From the NCBI GenBank assembly GCA_963797335.1, contig CAWCOU010000006.1:760483-824482 (forward strand): a stretch of 64,000 nt of DNA, in the 5' to 3' direction. Within the stretch, counting starts at the first letter, position 1. Each line of letters begins with the position of its first letter. Made by a program: the position numbers and the translations under genes. Of this stretch, positions 40,239 to 49,585 are shown in pieces. Source of the DNA: an uncultured Gammaproteobacteria bacterium (GTDB lineage Bacteria; Pseudomonadota; Gammaproteobacteria; JAURND01). The notes beneath the pieces are model-generated. The model did not search any database and was not told the DNA's origin. It was given only the letters and a program-made list of their open reading frames with translations.

Positions 40239-42038
40239 TTAATCCTTTTGATCCACTTTTAACACCGCTAAAAATGCTTCCTGGGGAATCTCGACCCTGC
40301 CTACCTGCTTCATGCGTTTCTTACCTGCTTTCTGCTTCTCCAACAATTTACGCTTACGGGTAATATCGCCGCCGTAACATTTCGCGGTCACGTTTTTGCG
40401 CAGGGCTTTTACCGTAGAACGGGCGATAATTTGCGCACCAATCGCTGCTTGAATGGCGACATCGAACATTTGTCGAGGAATAATGCCCTGCATACGCTCA
40501 ACTAACGCCCTACCCCGTTGCTGGGCTTTGTCGCGGTGGACGATGTTGACGAGGGCGTCTACTTTTTCGCCATTAATCAGAATATCCAGCTTCACTAAGG
40601 GCGCTGCCTGGAAATGTTTAAATGAATAATCTAAGGAGGCGTAGCCTCGGCTGATCGATTTCAAGCGATCAAAAAAATCCAAGACCACTTCGCTCATTGG
40701 TATCTCGTAGGTTAACGCTGCTTGTCGACCGGCGTAAAGCAGGTTTTTTTGTACGCCACGGCGTTCAACGCATAAGGTCATGACATTGCCTAAATATTCG
40801 GGCGGAACGAGGACATTGACTTGAGCAATGGGTTCGCGCGTCTCGGCTATTTCCGAGGGGCCCGGTAGTTTGGCGGGATTATCAACGTACTGGACCTCGC
40901 CTTTATGCGTCAGTATTTCATAAATCACGGTGGGAGCGGTGGTGATTAAGTCCAGCTGATATTCCCGCTCCAGCCGCTCTTGGACGATTTCCATATGCAG
41001 CATGCCGAGAAAACCACAACGAAAGCCAAAACCCAAAGCTTCCGAGGTTTCGGGTTCGTAAAACAAGGCGGCGTCATTTAAGCGCAATTTGGCCAGTGCG
41101 TCCCGGAAGTCTTCGTAATCTTCAGCGTTGATAGGAAATAATCCCGCGAATACTTGGGGCTTGACGCGTTGAAAGCCAGGTAAGGGTTGTGACGCGGGGT
41201 GAACGGCATGGGTTAAGGTGTCACCCACTGGTGCGCCGTTTACTTCTTTGATGCCTGCGATGACATAGCCTACTTCACCGGCATGCAATACGCCGGTGCT
41301 TTGCCGCTTGGGCGTAAAGATACCGACTTGATCGACTTGATATGATCGGTTGGTTGACATCACCAGCATTTTTTCGCCAGCTTTCAGCACGCCTTGCTTT
41401 ACTCGCACTAGGGAAACCACGCCTAGGTAGCTGTCGAACCATGAATCAATAATCAAGGCTTGCAAGGGTGCTTTATCTTCGCCTTGGGGTGGTGGTACTA
41501 ATGCGACTAATTGTTCCAACAAATCTTCAATGCCTAATCCGGTTTTGGCGCTGATCGGTAAGGCGTGGTGGGATTCTATGCCAATGATATCTTCAATTTC
41601 TTGAATGACTTTGTCGGGGTCGGCTTGTGGTAGGTCCATTTTATTTAGGACGGGGATGACTTCTAGTCCTTGTTCTATGGCGGTGTAACAAACAGCAACG
41701 GTTTGGGCTTCTACTCCTTGTGCGGCGTCGACGACGAGTAGGGCGCCTTCGCAGGCGGATAAGGAGCGTGATACTTCGTAGGAGAAGTCGACGTGTCCGG
41801 GGGTGTCGATGAAGTTTAATTGGTAGGTTTGGCCGTTTTTGGCTTGGTAGTTTAGGGTGACGCTTTGGGCTTTGATGGTGATGCCGCGTTCGCGTTCGAG
41901 GTCCATGGAGTCGAGTACTTGTTCGCTCATTTCACGCGCTGACAGGCCGCCGCAAAGTTGGATAAAACGATCGGCTAATGTCGATTTACCATGGTCTATA
42001 TGTGCAATTATGGAGAAGTTACGGATATTTTTTATCAT
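40239..42038 (-). CDS. lepA: Elongation factor 4 (LepA)
   Basis: 599 aa, GTPase motifs AHIDHGKST and DTPGHVDF, LepA C-terminal domain. Confidence 0.96.
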   Translation of the reverse strand: MIKNIRNFSIIAHIDHGKSTLADRFIQLCGGLSAREMSEQVLDSMDLERERGITIKAQSVTLNYQAKNGQTYQLNFIDTPGHVDFSYEVSRSLSACEGALLVVDAAQGVEAQTVAVCYTAIEQGLEVIPVLNKMDLPQADPDKVIQEIEDIIGIESHHALPISAKTGLGIEDLLEQLVALVPPPQGEDKAPLQALIIDSWFDSYLGVVSLVRVKQGVLKAGEKMLVMSTNRSYQVDQVGIFTPKRQSTGVLHAGEVGYVIAGIKEVNGAPVGDTLTHAVHPASQPLPGFQRVKPQVFAGLFPINAEDYEDFRDALAKLRLNDAALFYEPETSEALGFGFRCGFLGMLHMEIVQERLEREYQLDLITTAPTVIYEILTHKGEVQYVDNPAKLPGPSEIAETREPIAQVNVLVPPEYLGNVMTLCVERRGVQKNLLYAGRQAALTYEIPMSEVVLDFFDRLKSISRGYASLDYSFKHFQAAPLVKLDILINGEKVDALVNIVHRDKAQQRGRALVERMQGIIPRQMFDVAIQAAIGAQIIARSTVKALRKNVTAKCYGGDITRKRKLLEKQKAGKKRMKQVGRVEIPQEAFLAVLKVDQKD

Positions 42039-42133
42039 GTGGCTGGGGAGTATAGCTTACCGCGGTATAATACAGCAATTATCGTCGCTTATATCTTCAG
42101 TGCTGTCTCTTTAAATAGTGGGTTCTGAAAGGG

Positions 42134-42320
42134 GAGCCAGCTCGCGCATGAAATATTGCTCAAGCTCCGTGCTACATATAGCAGGAGCCAGTTCGCGCAT
42201 GAAGTATCCCAGGGGCTGGCTGCAGACACGCATAAATACATCCATCGTAGCTCCCGTGTCATCCATGAATTAGAGGGTCTGCAGCCAGCACCTGGGATAC
42301 TTCATGCTTACTTGGGCAGT
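42134..42320. repeat. Repeat family F3 copy (left flank of the sixA cassette), with two leader direct repeats gagccag[c/t]tcgcgcatgaa
   Basis: catgaagtatcccaggggctggctgcagac...gtctgcagccagcacctgggatacttcatg. Confidence 0.75.
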
Positions 42321-42328
42321 ACATCTCA

Positions 42329-42470
42329 CCCGTCATTGCGAACGAATCACACGTCATTGCGAGCGAAGCGTGGCAATCTCCAGAGGGTTTCCGCCTCGTT
42401 TCGATTGCCATATTGCGCTCACAAAACGAAAAACTTGTCTTTTATTCTTAAAATACGGTGCAAGTTGTTA
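42329..42470. repeat. Repeat family F4, single copy plus a partial (core cgtcattgcgagcgaagcgtggcaatctccag...gattgccat)
   Basis: Reverse complement of the 110-bp unit triplicated at 43530-43875. Confidence 0.75.
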
Positions 42471-42590
42471 CTCTTGATGATTAGCCTTCCTTAATCCTTA
42501 ATGGGGCGGCCTGTGCTAGTGGTTGAAATATAGTGTGTGATGAGGGATTATGAAGCTGCTGGGGGAAGGGCCTTAAGGAGTTTAAGTAAG

Positions 42591-43064
42591 ATGAAACTTT
42601 ATTTAATCCGTCATGGCGATGCGGTTTCTAGCTTTGAAGATTCGCAACGGCCTTTAAGTGAGACAGGGGTCTTGCAAGTGACTCGGTTGGCGCAGGAGCT
42701 GTCTCGGCAGGGCATGGCAGCGGCTCAGTTATATCATAGCGGTATATTACGAGCAGAACAAACGGGGGGCATTTTGCAGCAAATTCTACAGATACCGGTG
42801 ATGGAAAAACTACCGTTTTTACAACCGGAATCTGAAGTGGAACCCGTTTTGCAAAACATGATGACCTGGACTGACGACACAGTCCTGGTTAGCCATCTAC
42901 CTTATTTACCGCAGTTATTATGGAACTTAGTTGGCGAAGCCAGCGCACAAATTGTATTTCAACCCGCCACCGGTGTTTGTTTGGATAATCCAAATTGGGG
43001 TAAATCCTCAGCCGAGCACTCCGCCTCGTCTCAATGGCAAATCAGCGAGGTGCTAACCGGATGA
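42591..43064 (+). CDS. sixA: Phosphohistidine phosphatase SixA
   Basis: 157 aa from MKLYLIRHGDA (histidine phosphatase RHG motif). AAGGAG lies 10 nt upstream. The ORF-track start at 42537 adds 18 aa. Confidence 0.8.
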   Translation: MKLYLIRHGDAVSSFEDSQRPLSETGVLQVTRLAQELSRQGMAAAQLYHSGILRAEQTGGILQQILQIPVMEKLPFLQPESEVEPVLQNMMTWTDDTVLVSHLPYLPQLLWNLVGEASAQIVFQPATGVCLDNPNWGKSSAEHSASSQWQISEVLTG

Positions 43065-43510
43065 GTATCGCACCGCAGTTAACACTTCGTCCTTCACGTT
43101 GCTATGTCTGCATACTCAGTCTTATTTATACCGGTGCCTTGGTTTGTTTATGTATAGCCGCAGCTCCTCTGGCACTAAAAATACCAGCCGCGTTGCTTTT
43201 GCTATGCCTGGCTAAGCAACATATCTATGATCGCAGTTTATTGCGCCATGCGCAGGCAATTATAGATTTGCACGCCGACCAAAACGGCATCTGGCATTTA
43301 TACAAACGCAATGAAACCGATGGTCAACAAGCCACCTTATCCGGTACCAGTGTCGTCACACCATGGTTTGTCGTGTTACATTTCCAACCGCGAACAACCC
43401 CGATCGTTATTTGGTTTGACAGCCTCGACACCACCACCTTCCGCCGTTTAAGGGTATACCTACGCACAACTTCTTCTCTGGCTACCCCACTGAGGAAGGC
43501 TAATCATTAA
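43061..43510 (+). CDS. Inner membrane protein, YgfX/CptA-like (DUF1434 family)
   Basis: Two N-terminal TM helices then a soluble domain ending VIWFDSLDTTTFRRLRVYL (cf. E. coli YgfX LWLAADSMDEAEWRDLRRILL). The ATG overlaps the sixA stop (ATGA). Confidence 0.45.
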   Translation: MSIAPQLTLRPSRCYVCILSLIYTGALVCLCIAAAPLALKIPAALLLLCLAKQHIYDRSLLRHAQAIIDLHADQNGIWHLYKRNETDGQQATLSGTSVVTPWFVVLHFQPRTTPIVIWFDSLDTTTFRRLRVYLRTTSSLATPLRKANH

Positions 43511-43529
43511 GTGTAACTACTTGCACCCT

Positions 43530-43875
43530 ATTTTAAGAAAGAAAAGACGAGTTTTTCGTCTCGTGGGCGAAGCATGGCAATCCAAACGAGGCGGAAACCC
43601 CCTGGAGATTGCCGCGCTTCGCTCGCAATGACGAGTGAGGTATTTTAAGAAATAAGACGAGTTTGTTGTCTTGTGAGCGCCGCGTGGCAATCCAAACGAG
43701 GCGGAAACTCCCTGGAGATTGCCGCGCTTCGCTCGCAATGACGAGTGAGGTATTTTAAGAAATAAGACGAGTTTGTTGTCTTGTGAGCGCCGCGTGGCAA
43801 TCCAAACGAGGAGGAAACTCCCTGGAGATTGCCGCGCTTCGCTCGCAATGACGGGTGATTCGCTCATAATGACGT
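43530..43875. repeat. Tandem array of three 110-bp F4 units plus a partial fourth, inverted relative to 42329-42470
   Basis: Unit ggtattttaagaaataagacgagtttgttgtcttgtgagcgccgcgtggcaatccaaacgaggcggaaactccctggagattgccgcgcttcgctcgcaatgacgagtga, period 110. Confidence 0.85.
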
Positions 43876-43878
43876 GTA

Positions 43879-44078
43879 GGATGTACTGCCCAAGTAAGCA
43901 TGAAGTATCCCAGGGGCTGGCTGCAGACCTTCTAATTCAGGGATGACACGAGAGCAACATGGATCGTATTCATGCGTGTCTGCAGCCAGCCCCTGGGATA
44001 CTTCATGCGTGAGGTGGCTCCTGCTATATGTAGCACGAACCCGAAGAAGGATGGTTCATGTGCGAGGTGGCACCTCTT
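43879..44078. repeat. Repeat family F3 copy (right flank of the sixA cassette), inverted relative to 42134-42320
   Basis: The inner asymmetric segment is the reverse complement of the left copy. The cttacttgggcag termini of both copies point towards the cargo. Confidence 0.75.
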
Positions 44079-44209
44079 TCCGAATGCAGTATTTTAATGG
44101 GACCTGATGGCAGGTATTTTTCTATTTTTTAGTGATTCTGTTTGATTTTCTATAAAGCTCAAATTACAGTTAGGGCATTTTCTCCCATTCCTTGGATGAG
44201 TAACAGCAG

Positions 44210-44839
44210 ATGAACTGGAGCCAGTTTCTTAGTTTTCTTGTATCGATGTTGGCCATCACCAACCCATTGGGCAGTCTAGCTGTCTTTCTCAGCATGACCC
44301 CGCATAAATCGGAACATGAACGCCGCAAAATCGCGCTGGACACCACACTGACCATCTTCCTAGTGCTAATCATTATCACCTGGACCGGCATCCCCATTCT
44401 AAACCTATTCGGCATCTCACTACCTGCATTCGAAATCACCGGTGGCCTTATCATTCTTTTACACGGCTTAGCCATGTTGCGCTCCAAAGAAACACCCACC
44501 TCGCAAACCGCCGGTGAATTACAAGAAAATATCTCCAACGAATCCATCGCCATCGTCCCGCTGGGCATCCCTATAATCGCTGGCCCCGGCGCCATGACCA
44601 ACACGATTATCTTCAGTCAGGAATTTTCCAGTACCACTCAGCGAATTTATATTTGTGCGGGTATCTTATTAGTGTCATTGACCCTTGGTTTTCTTTTATT
44701 TTTCGCTTCTCGGCTCGGCAAAATGATCGGCGAGAACGGTATTAAAATTGTGACGCGTATCATGGGTTTATTATTATCGGCCATCGCCATGAGCATGATC
44801 ACCACGGGCTTGAAAAATATTTTTCCAGGTTGGACTTAA
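44210..44839 (+). CDS. marC: MarC-family integral membrane protein (UPF0056)
   Basis: 209 aa, 6 TM segments, MarC N-terminal signature [21 protein letters not shown]. Confidence 0.8.
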   Translation: MNWSQFLSFLVSMLAITNPLGSLAVFLSMTPHKSEHERRKIALDTTLTIFLVLIIITWTGIPILNLFGISLPAFEITGGLIILLHGLAMLRSKETPTSQTAGELQENISNESIAIVPLGIPIIAGPGAMTNTIIFSQEFSSTTQRIYICAGILLVSLTLGFLLFFASRLGKMIGENGIKIVTRIMGLLLSAIAMSMITTGLKNIFPGWT

Positions 44840-44853
44840 ACGGGAGATGGTCG

Positions 44854-45201
44854 ATGGGGAAAAAAGATCTGGCGCGAGTGGTTGAGGCGTTGCAGTTAAA
44901 CAAGATTGAGAAGCATATTTTTTTATGCTGCGATCAACGGAAACCGAAATGTTGTTCGTTGGCAGATGGGTTGGCGTCTTGGGATTATTTGAAAAAGCGG
45001 TTGTCGGAGCTGAACCTGACACATGTTTTTCGCACCAAAGCGAATTGTCTTCGGGTTTGTGTGCAAGGGCCTATCGCGGTGGTTTATCCAGATGGGGTTT
45101 GGTATCACTCTTGTTCACCGGCGGTTTTGGAACGGATTATTCAGGAGCATTTGTGTGGCGGGAAGCCGGTGGAGGAGTATATGCTGTTTCGTCAGGTTTA
45201 G
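44854..45201 (+). CDS. Thioredoxin-like [2Fe-2S] ferredoxin
   Basis: Cys cluster [12 protein letters not shown] plus CLRVCVQGP (C-x3-C...GP), typical of thioredoxin-like 2Fe-2S ferredoxins. GGGAGA RBS before the Met at 44854. Confidence 0.6.
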   Translation: MGKKDLARVVEALQLNKIEKHIFLCCDQRKPKCCSLADGLASWDYLKKRLSELNLTHVFRTKANCLRVCVQGPIAVVYPDGVWYHSCSPAVLERIIQEHLCGGKPVEEYMLFRQV

Positions 45202-45238
45202 TTCTCATCGTTTGGTAACTGCTCACCCCCCCCCCAAC

Positions 45239-45332
45239 TCCGTCGTCCCGCGACTTGTCCCATAGGCACTTGTGGGAGAAGGAGTTTTCTACTTGTGTAG
45301 ATACTAGTGGGCTTGTCCGCGGGACGACGTGC
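45239..45332. repeat. Short palindromic element cgtcgtcccgcgacttgtccc ... gggcttgtccgcgggacgacg with an F5-like fragment inside; preceded by a C10 tract
   Basis: Inverted arms seen directly. The C10 homopolymer is at 45226-45235. Confidence 0.6.
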
Positions 45333-45345
45333 AAGTAGTTTGGGT

Positions 45346-45588
45346 TTATATTTTATTTTGTATTTTTGTAATTAAGGCCTGCCATTCCGCTCGGGCGGGT
45401 TTGCTTTCTTGGTTTAACCATTGCCACAGTTGTTGATCCGTTTCGTTGAGCAGCTCACTGAACCATTGTTTTTCTTGCGAAGATAACTGCTGGTATTGCT
45501 GATCTAAAAACCGTTCTAATAAAACATCCAGTTCCAAGAGACCGCGGCGACATCGCCAGCGTATTTTAGAAAAATCCGTCTCGCTCAT
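45346..45588 (-). CDS. sdhE: FAD assembly factor SdhE (YgfY/CptB)
   Basis: 80 aa from MSETDFSKIRWRCRRGLLELDVLLERF. The RGxxE motif is the SdhE hallmark. Confidence 0.85.
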   Translation of the reverse strand: MSETDFSKIRWRCRRGLLELDVLLERFLDQQYQQLSSQEKQWFSELLNETDQQLWQWLNQESKPARAEWQALITKIQNKI

Positions 45589-45590
45589 GG

Positions 45591-46214
45591 TCAACGAACT
45601 AGATAGGCTTGGCAACGGATCAGTTGGTTCTGATACCGTAAGGCTCGAGTCGATACTTTATGGGCCACGCGTATCAGCCAGGGTTTTTTCAAATACGTGC
45701 GTTTAGAATAACCGCCAATTCCTTCATGGTATGCTAAATACAACGCATAGGGGTTATTGACTAATATGTTGGCTTGCAAATGCGCCTGGTGACTATACCA
45801 GCCAATAAAATCCGTCGCAGCGGCGAAATCATGGCGCTTGCCATCGCCATTGCCTGTTTTGAGTTGATATTCTTTCCAGGTATTTTTCAACGCTTGAGAA
45901 TAACCATACGCAGACGTGGGCCGTTTCCAGGGAATAATCCACAATAATTTCTTGCGCGGCGGCGCGGCGCGGGCACTGAAAGAAGATTCTTGATTGATAA
46001 TGGACATTTGCACCGCAACCGGCACACCCCAGCGTGTTTCACATTGTTTGGCGTCGCGATACCAATCGGGGTATTGCATAAACACGCTGCAAATGTTTTC
46101 GACATGGTCGGGACGCGGGCGCGTGGCGCAGCCCAGCAGCACTAGGAATCCAATCGCGAGGATGGTGATTAGCGTTTTTTTCACTGATAGCCTACCTTTA
46201 CTTTTGGGGGTCAA
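45591..46214 (-). CDS. Lipoprotein with a lytic transglycosylase (SLT)-like domain
   Basis: Lipobox LLGC and a putative catalytic NQESSF...SAYGYSQ region. A 2-nt gap to sdhE suggests an operon. Confidence 0.4.
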   Translation of the reverse strand: MTPKSKGRLSVKKTLITILAIGFLVLLGCATRPRPDHVENICSVFMQYPDWYRDAKQCETRWGVPVAVQMSIINQESSFSARAAPPRKKLLWIIPWKRPTSAYGYSQALKNTWKEYQLKTGNGDGKRHDFAAATDFIGWYSHQAHLQANILVNNPYALYLAYHEGIGGYSKRTYLKKPWLIRVAHKVSTRALRYQNQLIRCQAYLVR

Positions 46215-46290
46215 GTCTGGATTTCTGCCTTCAAAAGCAAATGGCTGATTTTCTGAAAATAAGGCAGAAATCCAGACTTGACCCCAAGCA

Positions 46291-47370
46291 TTACGATTGG
46301 TATAAAAATTTTACCCTGGAAGTGACGTGGCAAAATAATTCATACGGAATTGTTTCTGCACAAACCGCTACTTCTTCTACAGGTAATCCCTTACCCCATA
46401 ATGTCACGACATCACCCAGTGCAGCCTCTGGGCAGAGCGAAAGGTCCACGGTGATAAAATCCATGGACACTCGGCCGGCCAGTGGGCAGTACATGCCTCG
46501 GATTAAAACGGGCGTGCCATTCTTCGCATGACGAGGATAACCATCACCATAACCAATAGCGACGACGCCGATTCGACTGGGTTTAGAACTCACCCAGGTA
46601 CCGCCGTAGCCTACGGCTTCACCTTGCGCGTAATCATGAATCGCTATTAATTGCGATTGCAAGGTCATCACGGGAAGTAAATCAAAGTCGGTTGCCGGTA
46701 ACTCATCAAACGGTGAAGCGCCGTACAACATAATGCCTGGGCGAACGAAATCACCGTGTGTCTGTGGCCAGGCAATAATGGCAGCTGAATTAGCGAGACT
46801 GGTGCCTGCTAATGGCGGCAGCCATTGTTGAAACTGTTGCCATTGCCTCAGCGTACTTTGGGTATCCGCTAACGCATAAGCATTAGCAAAATGCGTCAGA
46901 CATATCAAAGGCTGTTTGACCGATGCGCATTGTATCAGGCGAGCGTGGGCTTCTTCTACTTGATTTGGTGTAAAACCGAGACGATGCATACCCGTATCTA
47001 TTTTTAACCAAACGGCAATCGGTTTCGGTAGCGGCGTTGTTTCGAGTAGCTGAATTTGCGCGAAAGTATGAACGACTACTGTAAACTCTGCGGTCGCACA
47101 GTCGATTAATTCTTCGGCATCGACAAAACCACTCATCAGTAAAATCGGTTGTAGAATGCCGTGGTTACGCAAGGTAAAGGCTTCTTCCATTCTGGCTACA
47201 CCAAACATATCGGCCTGAGCTAATGCCTGAGCGACTGGCAGTAAGCCATGACCGTAGGCATTGGCTTTAATCATGGCCACTACTTTAGACTGCGGTGCGT
47301 AAAATTTAACACGTTGGTAATTATGCTTTAACGCCGCTAAATCTATTTCGGCAATGACGCGGTTAGTCAT
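46291..47370 (-). CDS. alr: Alanine racemase
   Basis: 359 aa, PLP-binding motif AMIKANAYGHG. dnaB-alr synteny. Confidence 0.93.
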   Translation of the reverse strand: MTNRVIAEIDLAALKHNYQRVKFYAPQSKVVAMIKANAYGHGLLPVAQALAQADMFGVARMEEAFTLRNHGILQPILLMSGFVDAEELIDCATAEFTVVVHTFAQIQLLETTPLPKPIAVWLKIDTGMHRLGFTPNQVEEAHARLIQCASVKQPLICLTHFANAYALADTQSTLRQWQQFQQWLPPLAGTSLANSAAIIAWPQTHGDFVRPGIMLYGASPFDELPATDFDLLPVMTLQSQLIAIHDYAQGEAVGYGGTWVSSKPSRIGVVAIGYGDGYPRHAKNGTPVLIRGMYCPLAGRVSMDFITVDLSLCPEAALGDVVTLWGKGLPVEEVAVCAETIPYELFCHVTSRVKFLYQS

Positions 47371-47375
47371 GGCGA

Positions 47376-48914
47376 TTATTCAAGAACCGCGGGGTCCGGG
47401 ACTTGTTTAAATGAGGACATGGCTGTTGACGACTGTTGTTGCGACAACATGGCGAGCGGTCGCGCTGACGCATAATTGGTTTGCCCCTCCGTGGCATAGG
47501 CTTGTGGTGCTAAATTTTCAAATCGTGTGAATTGGCCTTGGAATGCTAAACGCACCGTTCCGATAGGTCCATTACGCTGCTTGCCAATAATCACTTCAGC
47601 AATTCCTTTTTCCGTGCTGTCTCGGTTATACACTTCATCGCGATAAATAAATGCGATCACGTCGGCGTCTTGTTCAATAGCACCTGATTCGCGTAAATCC
47701 GACATCACCGGTCGTCGGTCATGGCGTTGTTCTAAACTTCGATTCAGCTGGGATAACGCGATGACTGGCACATTGAGTTCACGTGCTAAACTTTTTAAGC
47801 TGCGCGAAATTTCTGAAATTTCCAAGTTACGATTGTCTTTAAATCCCGGCGATTGCATGAGCTGCAAATAATCGATGACAATTAAGCCGAGCTGTCCGTG
47901 GCATTCTTTCATTAAGCGCCGGGCGCGGGCACGCACATCGCCCGCTGTTAAGCTGGGGCTATCATCGACATACAGTGGCGCTGCCGATAAGGCGGCGACG
48001 GCGGAGGTCACTCGCGGCCAATCTTCTTTATCTAATCGACCGGTTCGAACCTTATGTTGATTGATACGTCCCCAAGAAGAAATCACACGCATGGCCAATT
48101 GTTCGCCTGACATTTCCATACTAAACACTAAGGTCGGCTTGGCGTATTTCATCGCGACATTTTCGACAATGTTCATGGCGAATGCAGTTTTACCCATGGA
48201 TGGCCGGCCAGCGATAATAATTAAATCGCCTTGCTGTAGGCCGGAGGTCATTTCATCGAGATCCATGAATCCTGTCGCGAGTCCTGTGATGGGATCGGGG
48301 GAATGAAATAAGGTATCGATTCGTTGCACGGCCTGAGCTAATAACACACTCATTTTTCGCGCTTGCAAGCGTGCCGTGCCTTGTTCGGCGATGTGAAAGA
48401 CCTTTCGTTCGGCTTCGTCTAACAATTCAGCACTGGAACGGCCTTGGGTGTTGAAAGCGCTATTGGCGATTTCGCCGGCGGCACCCACTAACTGCCGCAA
48501 CACGGAGCGTTCGCGAATGATGTTGGCGTAGGCGCTGATATTGGCGGTGCTGGGTGTGTTTTTTGCTAATTCAAACAGGTAGTTTTCACCGCCTATTGTT
48601 GCTAAGGCCTCTTGGTGCTGCAAGGCTTCGGCGATGGTCACGACATCGAAGGGGATGTTTTTAGCGGCAAGGTCGGTGATGATGCGGAAAATTAAGCGGT
48701 GTTCGGCACGATAGAAATCAATTTCGGTGATCTGATCGGCGATCACATCCCAGGCTTTGTTGTCGAGGAGAAGTCCACCGAGTGTGGCTTGCTCGGCTTC
48801 GACGGAATGAGGGGGGATTTTAAGCTCAGCCGTTTGCGCATCCACGACTTTGGGTTTGGCTATGGTAAGGCTTTTTTGCCTTGAGTGAATTTTTTCCGGC
48901 ATATCTTGACTCAT
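47376..48914 (-). CDS. dnaB: Replicative DNA helicase DnaB
   Basis: 512 aa, N-terminal LKIPPHSVEAEQATLGGLLLDN, Walker A GRPSMGKTAFA. No intein. Confidence 0.95.
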   Translation of the reverse strand: MSQDMPEKIHSRQKSLTIAKPKVVDAQTAELKIPPHSVEAEQATLGGLLLDNKAWDVIADQITEIDFYRAEHRLIFRIITDLAAKNIPFDVVTIAEALQHQEALATIGGENYLFELAKNTPSTANISAYANIIRERSVLRQLVGAAGEIANSAFNTQGRSSAELLDEAERKVFHIAEQGTARLQARKMSVLLAQAVQRIDTLFHSPDPITGLATGFMDLDEMTSGLQQGDLIIIAGRPSMGKTAFAMNIVENVAMKYAKPTLVFSMEMSGEQLAMRVISSWGRINQHKVRTGRLDKEDWPRVTSAVAALSAAPLYVDDSPSLTAGDVRARARRLMKECHGQLGLIVIDYLQLMQSPGFKDNRNLEISEISRSLKSLARELNVPVIALSQLNRSLEQRHDRRPVMSDLRESGAIEQDADVIAFIYRDEVYNRDSTEKGIAEVIIGKQRNGPIGTVRLAFQGQFTRFENLAPQAYATEGQTNYASARPLAMLSQQQSSTAMSSFKQVPDPAVLE

Positions 48915-49024
48915 TCATAAAGGTGATGGCTCAGCTTTAGAATGGGACCGCAGATATTGTGCCGAGTTTGATATGAAAAATTTTCCCAAAATGTGTTGGG
49001 AACGTCAAGTTAAGATGCAGATGA

Positions 49025-49097
49025 CTCCTTCTCCCCTTGTGGGAGAAGGATTTTTTTTCTTAAGTTGGCGCCTATGCCCACAAGGAGAGAAGGAGTA
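49025..49097. repeat. Repeat family F5 copy between dnaB and rplI
   Basis: cttctccccttgtgggagaaggattttttttcttaagttggcgcctatgcccacaaggagagaagga. Confidence 0.7.
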
Positions 49098-49102
49098 TTT
49101 TC

Positions 49103-49549
49103 CTATTCAGGGATAATGGATACTTTTAAGGGGATGCGGACGTCGCTGTGCAATTGCACGGTGATCTCGTATTCACCGGCCACGCGAATAACACCGCCGG
49201 GCATGAGAATTTCGTTCTTTTCCACTTCAACGCCTTTATCATGGATGATTTTGGCGATGTCTCGATTGCTGACTGACCCGAAGAGTTTACCTTCGTCCCC
49301 AGCCTTGGCCTTAATCTCAATGGTTAATTGCGCCAATTTTTCGCCACGCACTTGGGCGTTGTGCAACGCAGCGGCGGCGGCTTTTTCTAATTCGGCACGA
49401 CGTGCTTCAAAACGAGCCAGGTGTTGTTCCGTGGCAGGCACGGCTTTTTTCTGGGGAATAAGGTAATTGCGGGCATAGCCGGGTTTTACTTTTACGGTGT
49501 CGCCGAGATTGCCTAAATTATGTAGCTTTTCCAATAATATAATTTGCAT
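49103..49549 (-). CDS. rplI: 50S ribosomal protein L9
   Basis: 148 aa, MQIILLEKLHNLGNLGDTVKVKPGYARNYLIP. Confidence 0.95.
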   Translation of the reverse strand: MQIILLEKLHNLGNLGDTVKVKPGYARNYLIPQKKAVPATEQHLARFEARRAELEKAAAAALHNAQVRGEKLAQLTIEIKAKAGDEGKLFGSVSNRDIAKIIHDKGVEVEKNEILMPGGVIRVAGEYEITVQLHSDVRIPLKVSIIPE

Positions 49550-49585
49550 TTACTTCAACCTCTTGAATGATTGGGCTGGGTCGTA

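Noticed and set aside
43517-43867. The tandem 110-bp array as a possible CRISPR array, or as protein-coding (ORFs 43517-43867 and 43645-43848)
   Set aside because: The units are 110 bp and directly abutted with no unique spacers, and no cas genes are nearby. The ORFs simply read through repeats.
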